Shown here in pieces: positions 45,051-52,085 of a DNA stretch of 64,000 nucleotides. Source of the stretch: a virus; the IMG/VR virus record IMGVR_UViG_3300045450_000055, positions 1-64,000 of that record; one strand, written 5' to 3'. A model generated the notes under the pieces. That model had not been told where the DNA came from and searched no databases. It saw nothing but the letters and a program-made list of their open reading frames with translations. The position numbers and the translations under genes were made by a program. How positions within the stretch are numbered: the stretch's first letter is position 1; every line of letters begins with the position of its first letter.

Positions 45051-45065
45051 ATTCTGTCTCCCTGT

Positions 45066-45257
45066 GTGGGCCTCGTGAGGTACTTCCACCCTCACGAGGC
45101 CCTTAAATACAAACCTTTACCTGCACAAATCCTGACCGAGATGGCGGCCTCCCATTCAATTAACGCATAAAAACCTCCCTCATACGAGACGAACCCGGAA
45201 CGAACCGTGATTCGAAGCGATGAGGGAGGTATAGGTGTTAGTCAGACTGTCTGTCAA
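45066..45257 (-). promoter_or_regulatory. structured rtcB leader: promoter overlapping a terminator hairpin, plus a 13-bp hairpin
   Basis: TTGACA(45257..45252)-N17-CTATAC; CCTCCCTCAT/ATGAGGGAGG stem (45174..45229) + T5; GGGCCTCGTGAGG/CCCTCACGAGGCCC (45066..45099). Confidence 0.5.
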
Positions 45258-45287
45258 GCGCCCAGCGCTGGACTCGTGGTGATGGGA

Positions 45288-48200
45288 TCAACGCATTTTG
45301 ATTGCCTTGACCGCCTCCTCGGACATAGCCTCGATATCGAGTCCTTTGCTCTCCTTGAGCTTTGCGCGGGCTTCGGACAGTGGCGGGAAGATGAAGGTCC
45401 GCTTCTTGTTCGACCCTGAGTCGGTAGCCATCTTGACTTCTTTGGCCCCGAACCAGTCTTGGACCACCGTCGAGATGTCATCGTAACTGGTCTTCGCCTT
45501 GTCCGAAGAGAACCGGAAGCGCACATAGTCTTCCACCGCAGCACGCATATCGACAGCATAGACCATGGTCTCGCGATCGGTATTGAGTTCGATCGGCGTA
45601 ACCTTGTCATCGTGCGTTTCGTAGACGCCTGCCTTGACCAGTTCGAGCATGAACTTCTGCACACCGGACAGAGATTCGATCTGCTGCTGCTGGAGATGCT
45701 GGGTGACTGGGGGATTGAACAGCGACGAGAACGTACCGCCGACCGGCTCCCAGTGCAGGAGATCATAGAGGAGCGCTTCGAGACCGCCCTTCTTCTCCAT
45801 CTGGTCTCGCATCTTCTCGAAGAACACGATGTCACCGCGACGAGCCGACGAGCAGCGCAGCACGAAGAAGCGACGCTCGTCCTTGAGCGAAGCCGGGACG
45901 ACCCACTCGTTGTTCGAGATCAGCGCAAGCCGCGTATAGTTGAGCGACTGAATGGGGTCATACCCCTTCTTTTCGATCAGCACCGACTTGTTGGTAATCA
46001 TGTCCTTCAACACGCCTTCTGCCTGCGGATCGGCAGCCCAGAACGCTTCTTCGCAGACCATCAGCAGGGTCGTCGCAAGGTGGCCGTTGAACTGCCCGAC
46101 GATCTGCTTACGTTGCGACACGGTGATCCCGCATCGACCCAGTAGCTGGTTGATGTAGTCGAACAGGGTGGACTTACCCGTACCCTTCTCACCGGTGACG
46201 ACAACGGTGGAGCCGGGCTTGCCATCGGGCTTCTGGAAGAGCATCGCCAACCACGTCATGAACCACTGGAAGTACACGTCGTTGGACTCGCAGATGTTCT
46301 CGTATAGATGCCCGCGGAGCATCGACCAGTCACCGGCGACGGGTTCGTCCTTGTTCTCCAGAATATCCGTCCACTTCGTCTCGATCGGGTCCATCGGCCA
46401 TCCTCGGAATAGGTTGTAGGTGTCACGCGGTGTGGATTTACCGGGAGCGAATACGACGTTGCGGTAGGTCCGACGTTTTTCCCATTCCAACCAGAGCTTG
46501 AACGCCTCCAGCTTCTTGGTCGCCTTACCTTCCGTGATCCAGACGATGCGGTTCTTCTCGAACAGCGCAACGTCATTTTGGGACTCGAAGCCCACATCGT
46601 CATCGGACGCCCGCGGCTCCACCAGAATCTTCACGCCACCAGACGTTCGGATCACCGCGTAGCGACGGTTGAACGCCCGCAGCATGGAGTCCTCATCATC
46701 TCCGAAATCGTCATCCGACACTTCGTCAGCTTTCGGTCGAGCCGAAATCTCTCCAGTGTCAGTTCGACCTCGCGATTGATGAGCCGGTCGAGCTTCTTCT
46801 GCCGCTTTTGCTCGCGGCTTTTGTGGCTCTTCTTCATCCTCCTCGTCCTCTTCCAGTTCGAGCAGGTAGTCCTTGCTCTTGAGATCATCGACGGTAATCA
46901 TCTCCTGATCGATCATCTCGCACAGGAAATCGAGACGGTCACGGCCGGAGCAAGCGTTGTGGACGCAGACGAAGGTGAAGCCTCCATCGTGACCTTCATC
47001 GGCGTTGTCGGAGGCGTTGACCACGAAGGTGCCACCACCGCCGAAGCCGCTGTGTTCGGCCTCGAAGGGACATTCGATGTGCGTACCGGGCTTACCACCA
47101 CGCGGCTCTCGGATCATGTCACTATCGCAACACTCCTCGATCATCGTCTGGACCTCAAAACGCTTGGCGTTCTTGATCGCCCAGCCCTTGAGGTTGAAGC
47201 CGTCCTTGGTAACGTACCGCTCGCGATCGTCGTCATCGTCGTCGGTGCCAGCTTCGGTGAACGCGTTCGAGCCAACTGCACGACGCTTGCCGTCCTTGCC
47301 CCGCTTCATCTTGACGCGATCGAACTTGTCCAGATCGAGCGGATCACCCAAGATCAGCCACGACCCGAACGTCTTGTCCTTGGGAGCGTGTCGGGGCATG
47401 TAGAACAGGCGGGCAGGATCGACGCACTTCTCGTCGAAGAACAAGCCGAGATCGGTACAGAAGCCGGCGTAGCGCTCTTTCCATTCGGCGATTGCGTCCT
47501 GCTGAGACCCGCCGCGCTTGGCGAACACAAACGGCTCCGTCAGCGGAAACACCGCCCGGAACTTCGGCATCGGCTTGTGCTGGACGAGGACGACAATGCC
47601 CTCTTCGGTGTGGTGCGCTTCGTTGACGATCGCCAGTTCCTCGACGATCTCCGGCAGGACACCCTTCTTCTGGATCAGGTAATCCCTAACCGCATCCTCT
47701 TCGACCGTCGTCGAGTCAGCCCACTTGAGAAAGTGGTCGCGTTTGATGACGCTGGTGTCCTTGAGGTGGCTGTGGGTGGTGTAGATCACCGCCTCCAGCC
47801 CATGTTTCTGGATCGTCGCCATCACGTCCGACAGGGGAGCGCCCGAATCGAGATCGACCCCAAGGATGTGGTTCTCGATCATGGCGACGGCCTTGCGAGC
47901 CCCGCCGGCCGATTTGCCTTGCAGGAAGCAGGTGCCGTCCTTCTGGCCTTCCTTGTGATCCTGCAACACCGTCTCGAACTGGCCGAAGGTCGAGGAGATT
48001 TCCTTCCAGCGTCCCTGCGCTTCGTCCCGGCGTCGGCCGGTCATCAGGGTGATCTCACGCGCCGTCCCGGCCGTCGTCAGATCGAGAAGATCGGGAGCGT
48101 AATAGTTGAGACCTTCGAGATCGACCTTTCCGTTATGGAGGAATACCGACAGGGGGCACAGGTGCAAGCCCACCCGCTGACCGGCAACAGGGTCGCCGTC

Positions 48201-48458
48201 GAGCATGTAGACCATACCACCATCGACATCGAACGACGGTTGCGGCGTGACGGCGTTAGGGTTACCTGCCACGAAGAGGCCGACTGCCTCGCCGACATCG
48301 GTGACCAGATCGACCCACGGATCGTCGGTGTTGGAAGCGAACTGGCCTACCTTCATCAGGTCATCGGAGGTGAACGATTCGCCGGACGCGCCGACGACGG
48401 TCACAGCCCCTTCGGCACGGCCGAACAGGTCGTGAATGAGTTGCGTATATGCTGGCAT
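45288..48458 (-). CDS. DNA primase / superfamily-3 (D5/P4-type) helicase fusion
   Basis: 1056 aa; Walker A VVVTGEKGTGKST, Walker B-like LLMVCEE; central Cys/His cluster ECPFEAEH..FVCVHNAC; acidic linker. Confidence 0.75.
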   Translation of the reverse strand: MPAYTQLIHDLFGRAEGAVTVVGASGESFTSDDLMKVGQFASNTDDPWVDLVTDVGEAVGLFVAGNPNAVTPQPSFDVDGGMVYMLDGDPVAGQRVGLHLCPLSVFLHNGKVDLEGLNYYAPDLLDLTTAGTAREITLMTGRRRDEAQGRWKEISSTFGQFETVLQDHKEGQKDGTCFLQGKSAGGARKAVAMIENHILGVDLDSGAPLSDVMATIQKHGLEAVIYTTHSHLKDTSVIKRDHFLKWADSTTVEEDAVRDYLIQKKGVLPEIVEELAIVNEAHHTEEGIVVLVQHKPMPKFRAVFPLTEPFVFAKRGGSQQDAIAEWKERYAGFCTDLGLFFDEKCVDPARLFYMPRHAPKDKTFGSWLILGDPLDLDKFDRVKMKRGKDGKRRAVGSNAFTEAGTDDDDDDRERYVTKDGFNLKGWAIKNAKRFEVQTMIEECCDSDMIREPRGGKPGTHIECPFEAEHSGFGGGGTFVVNASDNADEGHDGGFTFVCVHNACSGRDRLDFLCEMIDQEMITVDDLKSKDYLLELEEDEEDEEEPQKPRAKAAEEARPAHQSRGRTDTGEISARPKADEVSDDDFGDDEDSMLRAFNRRYAVIRTSGGVKILVEPRASDDDVGFESQNDVALFEKNRIVWITEGKATKKLEAFKLWLEWEKRRTYRNVVFAPGKSTPRDTYNLFRGWPMDPIETKWTDILENKDEPVAGDWSMLRGHLYENICESNDVYFQWFMTWLAMLFQKPDGKPGSTVVVTGEKGTGKSTLFDYINQLLGRCGITVSQRKQIVGQFNGHLATTLLMVCEEAFWAADPQAEGVLKDMITNKSVLIEKKGYDPIQSLNYTRLALISNNEWVVPASLKDERRFFVLRCSSARRGDIVFFEKMRDQMEKKGGLEALLYDLLHWEPVGGTFSSLFNPPVTQHLQQQQIESLSGVQKFMLELVKAGVYETHDDKVTPIELNTDRETMVYAVDMRAAVEDYVRFRFSSDKAKTSYDDISTVVQDWFGAKEVKMATDSGSNKKRTFIFPPLSEARAKLKESKGLDIEAMSEEAVKAIKMR

Positions 48459-48465
48459 GGTGACC

Positions 48466-48909
48466 TTAGTTGAGGGTGGAGTAGTGGAGGGCGGTCACCG
48501 GGCCGCCTGAGTTCTTATCGTGACAGGAGGCGGCAAGGACGGCCTCTTCGGCTGTGGCTCCATGAGCCATCGCGCCTAGTGCCAGCATCGCCCCTGAACC
48601 GATTGCGGTGTAATCGGCGTAGATGGGGATAAGAAACCCGCTATCGAACTCGTGGGCTTGGCCCTGCTCGTCGATAATGAGCGCCGTGAAGTTGTCCTCG
48701 TTCTGCATTAGGAGAGTGGGGACGGCATCCTCCGGGCAGCCTTCCTCTGCCCAAGTTTCGAGAGCCGTACGCAGGAACGCCTTACCGGCCAGAGCGACCA
48801 TGAAGCGACCACACTTCGCGATCTTGGGTCGGTGACCATTGGTGATCGTGTTGTAGGCGATCATCGTATCGGCCGCGAGTGTGCCGGAGCGGTATGCGAT
48901 CGTTGTCAT
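48466..48909 (-). CDS. Ntn-hydrolase, HslV/20S-proteasome-beta-like peptidase
   Basis: starts MTTIAY (Thr after Met as in HslV); ..IAKCG.., ..ALAG.., ..AIGSGAMLALGA.. pattern. Confidence 0.6.
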   Translation of the reverse strand: MTTIAYRSGTLAADTMIAYNTITNGHRPKIAKCGRFMVALAGKAFLRTALETWAEEGCPEDAVPTLLMQNEDNFTALIIDEQGQAHEFDSGFLIPIYADYTAIGSGAMLALGAMAHGATAEEAVLAASCHDKNSGGPVTALHYSTLN

Positions 48910-48939
48910 GTGCTAACCCTGCTCGATTTGGTGAGGCAC

Positions 48940-48967
48940 GGTTAAGCTAAACTGCCGCCAGTGTCAA
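48940..48967 (-). promoter_or_regulatory. class B promoter
   Basis: TTGACA-N14-GCTTAACC on minus strand. Confidence 0.55.
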
Positions 48968-48991
48968 GTATGAATAACCATCAGCGCCACA

Positions 48992-49034
48992 ACGAGAAAG
49001 GCCCGACGCTCACCAGATGGGAGCGCCGGGCCTT
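48992..49034 (-). terminator. terminator of the tmRNA/ncRNA transcription unit
   Basis: AAGGCCCGGCGCTC-9 nt-GAGCGTCGGGCCTT + TTCTCGTT on minus strand. Confidence 0.6.
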
Positions 49035-49079
49035 ATGCCGGGATCGAAGATGAGGGAGACAGCCTGCTCCCGGCAATCT

Positions 49080-49252
49080 GGTGGATGACAACGACTACGG
49101 CAATATTCCGCGACGGCTCATGGGACACCCGTTGGGTGATTAGGTATCCCTTCGTGGGAGGCTGTCCACACCTCATGCCCCCTCCCACACGACCGGAAGC
49201 TACCGTTCAGAGGACCGCGCAATCCTCTTAGCCGTAGTCGATGTCATCCACC
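49080..49252. repeat. 173-bp element closed by 22-bp inverted repeats (structured RNA module or MITE-like)
   Basis: GGTGGATGACAACGACTACGGC (49080..49101) vs GCCGTAGTCGATGTCATCCACC (49231..49252), 1 mismatch; three hairpins inside. Confidence 0.7.
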
Positions 49253-49389
49253 TCTCAAGAGGACGTTGGGTTTACTATCCGTGCGAAGCACGTACCGGAT
49301 ATTGGCAGAGGTCATGACTCCCCCACATTATTCTCCGTTTTAGCCTCAATCGATGCCCTTCCATGGTGGCAGCAACCTCTTGGCTGACA

Positions 49390-49684
49390 AGGGACCCTCA
49401 CCTAAGGGGTCCGAGCCCAACGCCCACCTGAAAGGTGGTGGCCTGTTCTGTTCCAACGTCAGGTTCCCCACGCGGCCTGCCGGGGTCAACCAGCAGGAGT
49501 TTTTGCCTTACTTCACCAGCGAACTGGCTCCGATCGGCGGGTAGGAATTACGCCGCGAGGCGCATTTCCACGACAGTGTTGTCGTTCGCATTTACATGCT
49601 TTGGCCTGTTCGCCCCGGAGGACAGGTCAGCCATGCCTAATCGCGTCTTCTCTTCGCCTTGCCCGTCGATCCTAGTTCGTCCCC
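49390..49684 (-). ncRNA. ssrA: tmRNA coding piece of a two-piece permuted ssrA; 3' end uncertain
   Basis: 5' GGGGACGAACTAGGATCGACGGG (cf. E. coli GGGGCUGAUUCUGGAUUCGACGGG); tag GCG AAC GAC AAC ACT GTC GTG GAA ATG CGC CTC GCG GCG TAA at 49589..49548; pseudoknots downstream. Confidence 0.75.
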
Positions 49685-49749
49685 ATCAACGACACAGGCC
49701 CTGTGAGTGGGCTAGGTCCCTTCACAGGCGATAACGGTGCCTGTGCCGA

Positions 49750-49835
49750 TGGTGGAGACGACGGGTACTGCCCCCGTGTCCGAGCCAAAGTTCCGATCGT
49801 CCGAATTACGATCATCTCACCATCACTGGTGACGA
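49750..49835 (-). ncRNA. ssrA: tmRNA acceptor piece; 5' end uncertain
   Basis: ..CTCGGAC-ACGGG-GGCAGTA-CCCGT-CGTCTCC-A-CCA ends at 49750; CGTCTCC pairs with GGGGACG giving G3:U70. Confidence 0.7.
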
Positions 49836-50672
49836 GGACACTGAACTGGAAATCTGCCCCACTGGTTCCAACCAGCTATGTCAACTAGGGGTTAATGCCG
49901 GTTCGGCGGCTCAGATGTTCAGTGTCCACATCACTGGTGATGAGGACAATGAGAATGATTGGCACGCGCGCCGCCCACTTTTACGATACCGTTTACCTCA
50001 GGGAGTCGAACCCCCGGCACCGTTCTCATTGTCCACATCACAAGTGACCATCACACCCTATGAGGAGACACCAAGCTCGTCAAGGTCACTACTCCCGACT
50101 TGCCGGCCCAGTGTAGACCCACATGGAAGGGTGTTTCTGCCCCGCCTTGCTGTGTCCCCACATAGGGAGTGATGTATGTCGGTTGGGGCTCAGGCTTCGG
50201 CACCGCACTCCGGGTATGATCTCCCGGCTCTCTTGGTCCTACCACTCTGGCCCCACCCGGATCGTCAGATCAGTTTGGGTATGCTCCCGCGCCTTTGAGG
50301 CTGATGGAGCTAGTCTGAGTTCGACTCAGTGTAGCGATTATTCTCGCGACTATCGGAAAATGCACTACGCCTCCTATATAACGGCGCAGCGCCTGCATCG
50401 CTTCCGGCTCAGCCGGTCACATCTACCGCAGCTTCATGGTCGGGAACTCCCCATTCGACGATCACGCCCCACGATCGCAGGGGCTGGAAACAAAGTGGGA
50501 GGCATCTAACCCTCCCGCACCATTTAGCCGCCCCTGAGTACCGCGCCAAATAGCGCACCTCAGATGTCCTCCTCGGGACCGGCAGTCAAGGGCGTGGACC
50601 CCTACACCATTCTGCGCCGCGAGGCAGTCTCCGGTCCCGGCGGGGAAACCCGGCGACACCCTCGCTTGGTGT
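49836..50672 (-). ncRNA. candidate large structured RNA (unknown family) upstream of the tmRNA
   Basis: own promoter; no credible ORF on either strand; many nested helices; two tandem stem-closed modules at 49836..50034. Confidence 0.4.
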
Positions 50673-50678
50673 GGGCTC

Positions 50679-50707
50679 TGTCTATGGCGATTCGGGGGAA
50701 GTGTCAA
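50679..50707 (-). promoter_or_regulatory. minus-strand promoter of the ncRNA/tmRNA unit
   Basis: TTGACA-N17-TAGACA. Confidence 0.5.
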
Positions 50708-50772
50708 CTGAAAATTTCAGTGATGTAAGGTTTTTCGTAAACCTTCTTCTCAACGCCGTCATCGGCGGAGGC

Positions 50773-50847
50773 TGGCAGGGGAGTAAGGAATCGAACCTCA
50801 GACACGCGGGATTGGAAGCCGCTGCTCTACCACTGAGCTACACCCCC
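50773..50847 (-). tRNA. tRNA-Trp(CCA)
   Basis: hand-folded cloverleaf; anticodon loop TTCCAAT; T-loop TTCGATT; CCA encoded; 31:39 C-C and one acceptor mismatch. Confidence 0.8.
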
Positions 50848-50863
50848 AAGGTGGTAAATGCAC

Positions 50864-50937
50864 TGGAGACGCCTCCCGGAATTGAACCGGGGATACCGGA
50901 GTTGCAATCCGGAGCCTTACCACTCGGCCAAAGCGTC
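50864..50937 (-). tRNA. tRNA-Cys(GCA)
   Basis: anticodon arm CCGGA-TTGCAAC-TCCGG; T-arm CCCGG-TTCAATT-CCGGG; CCA encoded. Confidence 0.85.
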
Positions 50938-50947
50938 GATCACAGTG

Positions 50948-51033
50948 TGGCGGAACGTGGAGGCATCGAACCTCGTACCTTGCGGTGCCTACCGGTTAGC
51001 AACCGGTTCGAGGAGCCAACCTCAGCACGCTCC
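50948..51033 (-). tRNA. tRNA-Ser(GCT)
   Basis: class II; ACCGG-TTGCTAA-CCGGT; long variable arm; CCA encoded. Confidence 0.8.
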
Positions 51034-51048
51034 GTATTCAAGAAATAT

Positions 51049-51122
51049 TGGATGCCCGTCCCGGCATCGAACCGGGATTTCAAGAGTCAAAGTCAAGCGA
51101 CTTGCCGTTAGTCGAACGGGCA
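51049..51122 (-). tRNA. tRNA-Gln(TTG)
   Basis: U1:A72; loop CTTTGAC; anticodon stem has two U-U mismatches; CCA encoded. Confidence 0.65.
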
Positions 51123-51179
51123 ATAACCCGTTGTCGATCGATAACAGTGTCGGAGTTCATTTTGTTCTCCACAAAAAGT

Positions 51180-51257
51180 TGGTTCCGCGCCGTGGACTCG
51201 AACCACTATCTTTCCACATTCAGAGTGTGGCGGCCGGACCTGCCAGCAAAGCGCGGA
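51180..51257 (-). tRNA. tRNA-Gln(CTG)
   Basis: U1:A72; CCACA-CTCTGAA-TGTGG; atypical 5-bp D stem GCTGG/CCGGC; CCA encoded. Confidence 0.7.
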
Positions 51258-51275
51258 ACATGTCCATGGGCTAGG

Positions 51276-51349
51276 GGTGACCGGCGGGGTTCGAACCCGC
51301 TATATCCCGGATCACAACCGGGCACATCATCCAAGTCTGCCTCGGTCAC
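51276..51349 (-). tRNA. tRNA-His(GTG)
   Basis: CCCGG-TTGTGAT-CCGGG; T-arm GCGGG-TTCGAAC-CCCGC; weak D stem; no CCA; flanked by 12-bp complementary leader/trailer. Confidence 0.7.
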
Positions 51350-51379
51350 ACCTAGCCCATGGAAGCTAGGATTTGAAAA

Positions 51380-51454
51380 TGGAGCCGGAGGTCGGGATTG
51401 AACCGACGACCATCCCTTTACGAGAGGGGCGCTCTACCACTGAGCTACACCGGC
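51380..51454 (-). tRNA. tRNA-Thr(CGT)
   Basis: loop CTCGTAA; T-arm GTCGG-TTCAATC-CCGAC; CCA encoded. Confidence 0.8.
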
Positions 51455-51464
51455 CTTCTTAGAA

Positions 51465-51548
51465 TGGTGGGGACGGAGGGACTTGAACCCTCAAGCCTTT
51501 CGGCGGCAGCATCTCAAGCCGCTGCGTTTACCATTTCACCACATCCCC
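51465..51548 (-). tRNA. tRNA-Leu(GAG)
   Basis: class II; GCGGC-TTGAGAT-GCTGC; T-arm GAGGG-TTCAAGT-CCCTC; CCA encoded. Confidence 0.8.
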
Positions 51549-51556
51549 ATCGAGCT

Positions 51557-51642
51557 TGGTGCGCCGGGAGGGAGTCGAACCCTCAATTCCTTTCGGACCA
51601 CAGGGTCTGAGCCTGCTGCGTATCCCGTTCCGCCACCGACGC
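51557..51642 (-). tRNA. tRNA-Leu(CAG)
   Basis: class II; GCAGG-CTCAGAC-CCTGT; T-arm GAGGG-TTCGACT-CCCTC; CCA encoded. Confidence 0.8.
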
Positions 51643-51689
51643 GTTAAGCTCGTAACCTTAAAAGTGTACTCCCATCTGGAGATTAAGAA

Positions 51690-51773
51690 TGGTGGGCCGG
51701 GAAGGTATGTGCGCCTTCACAGAATTAACGGGGGATTTACAGTCCCTTGGGCTCACTCGTGCCCAGCCGACCC
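51690..51773 (-). tRNA. tRNA-Tyr(GTA) with aberrant 8-nt T-loop (possibly defective)
   Basis: acceptor GGGTCGG/CCGGCCC, canonical loop CTGTAAA, long variable arm, but T-arm GAAGG-CGCACATA-CCTTC lacks TTC. Confidence 0.6.
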
Positions 51774-51774
51774 G

Positions 51775-51813
51775 AAAACGAAAAAGCGCCAGACACCCGA
51801 AGGTATCTGACGC
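51775..51813 (-). terminator. terminator-like hairpin inside tRNA array 1
   Basis: GCGTCAGA-12 nt-TCTGGCGC + TTTTTCGTTTTC on minus, immediately 5' of tRNA-Tyr. Confidence 0.5.
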
Positions 51814-51823
51814 TGGGAAACTT

Positions 51824-51907
51824 TGGCGGAGGGTGAAGGAATCGAACCCTCAACCTTTCGGTTGGCCCGGCTTTCGAAACCGGTTTGCCACCTTAGCGCC
51901 ACCCTCC
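51824..51907 (-). tRNA. tRNA-Ser(CGA)
   Basis: class II; perfect acceptor GGAGGGT/ACCCTCC; CCGGT-TTCGAAA-GCCGG; CCA encoded. Confidence 0.8.
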
Positions 51908-52027
51908 TTGGAATAGGAGTGGCGCGTCAGAACCACTCCCTTAGAGGGATGAACTCGTATGCAGTTGGCAATAATGCCACTGCGTGCCGGTTAGGCTCAA
52001 GGTGTGGGTCTGTGTCATGTTGAGCGC

Positions 52028-52056
52028 AGTATATGTCCGTGTTTGTGGAATGTCAA
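52028..52056 (-). promoter_or_regulatory. internal promoter of tRNA array 1
   Basis: TTGACA-N17-TATACT with A/T-rich upstream. Confidence 0.65.
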
Positions 52057-52085
52057 CAACTATTTTCAGTGCGACACGAAAAAGA

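Noticed and set aside
43695-45170. 491-aa plus-strand ORF, and similar long ORFs at 46578..48473 (+), 5030..5860 (-), 27888..28877 (-), 12369..13310 (+) and 53884..54411 (+)
   Set aside because: They run antisense to genes with clear homology-type motifs (rtcB, primase-helicase, RlaP-like, nadV). Their composition is R/G/H/D-rich and degenerate, as expected for shadow ORFs in GC-rich DNA.
49390-49420. A second tmRNA-like T-arm or one-piece 3' end at GGGCTCGGAC-CCCTTAGGTGAGGGTCC, with ..GCTGCCACCA about 30 nt downstream
   Set aside because: The sequence after it cannot pair with the GGGGACG 5' end, and the hairpin lacks a T-loop. It is probably part of the coding piece's 3' structure.
49353-50707. 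Track ORFs inside the non-coding RNA region (49353..49544, 49435..49734, 49915..50172, 50123..50509, 50462..50707)
   Set aside because: Their translations are S/R/P/C-rich with no RBS. They overlap the tmRNA and strong RNA helices, and show none of the gene-to-gene coupling seen elsewhere.
51276-51349. A plus-strand tRNA suggested by GGGGTTCGAACCC
   Set aside because: The T-arm sequence is palindromic. Only the minus-strand reading gives a full cloverleaf, tRNA-His(GTG).
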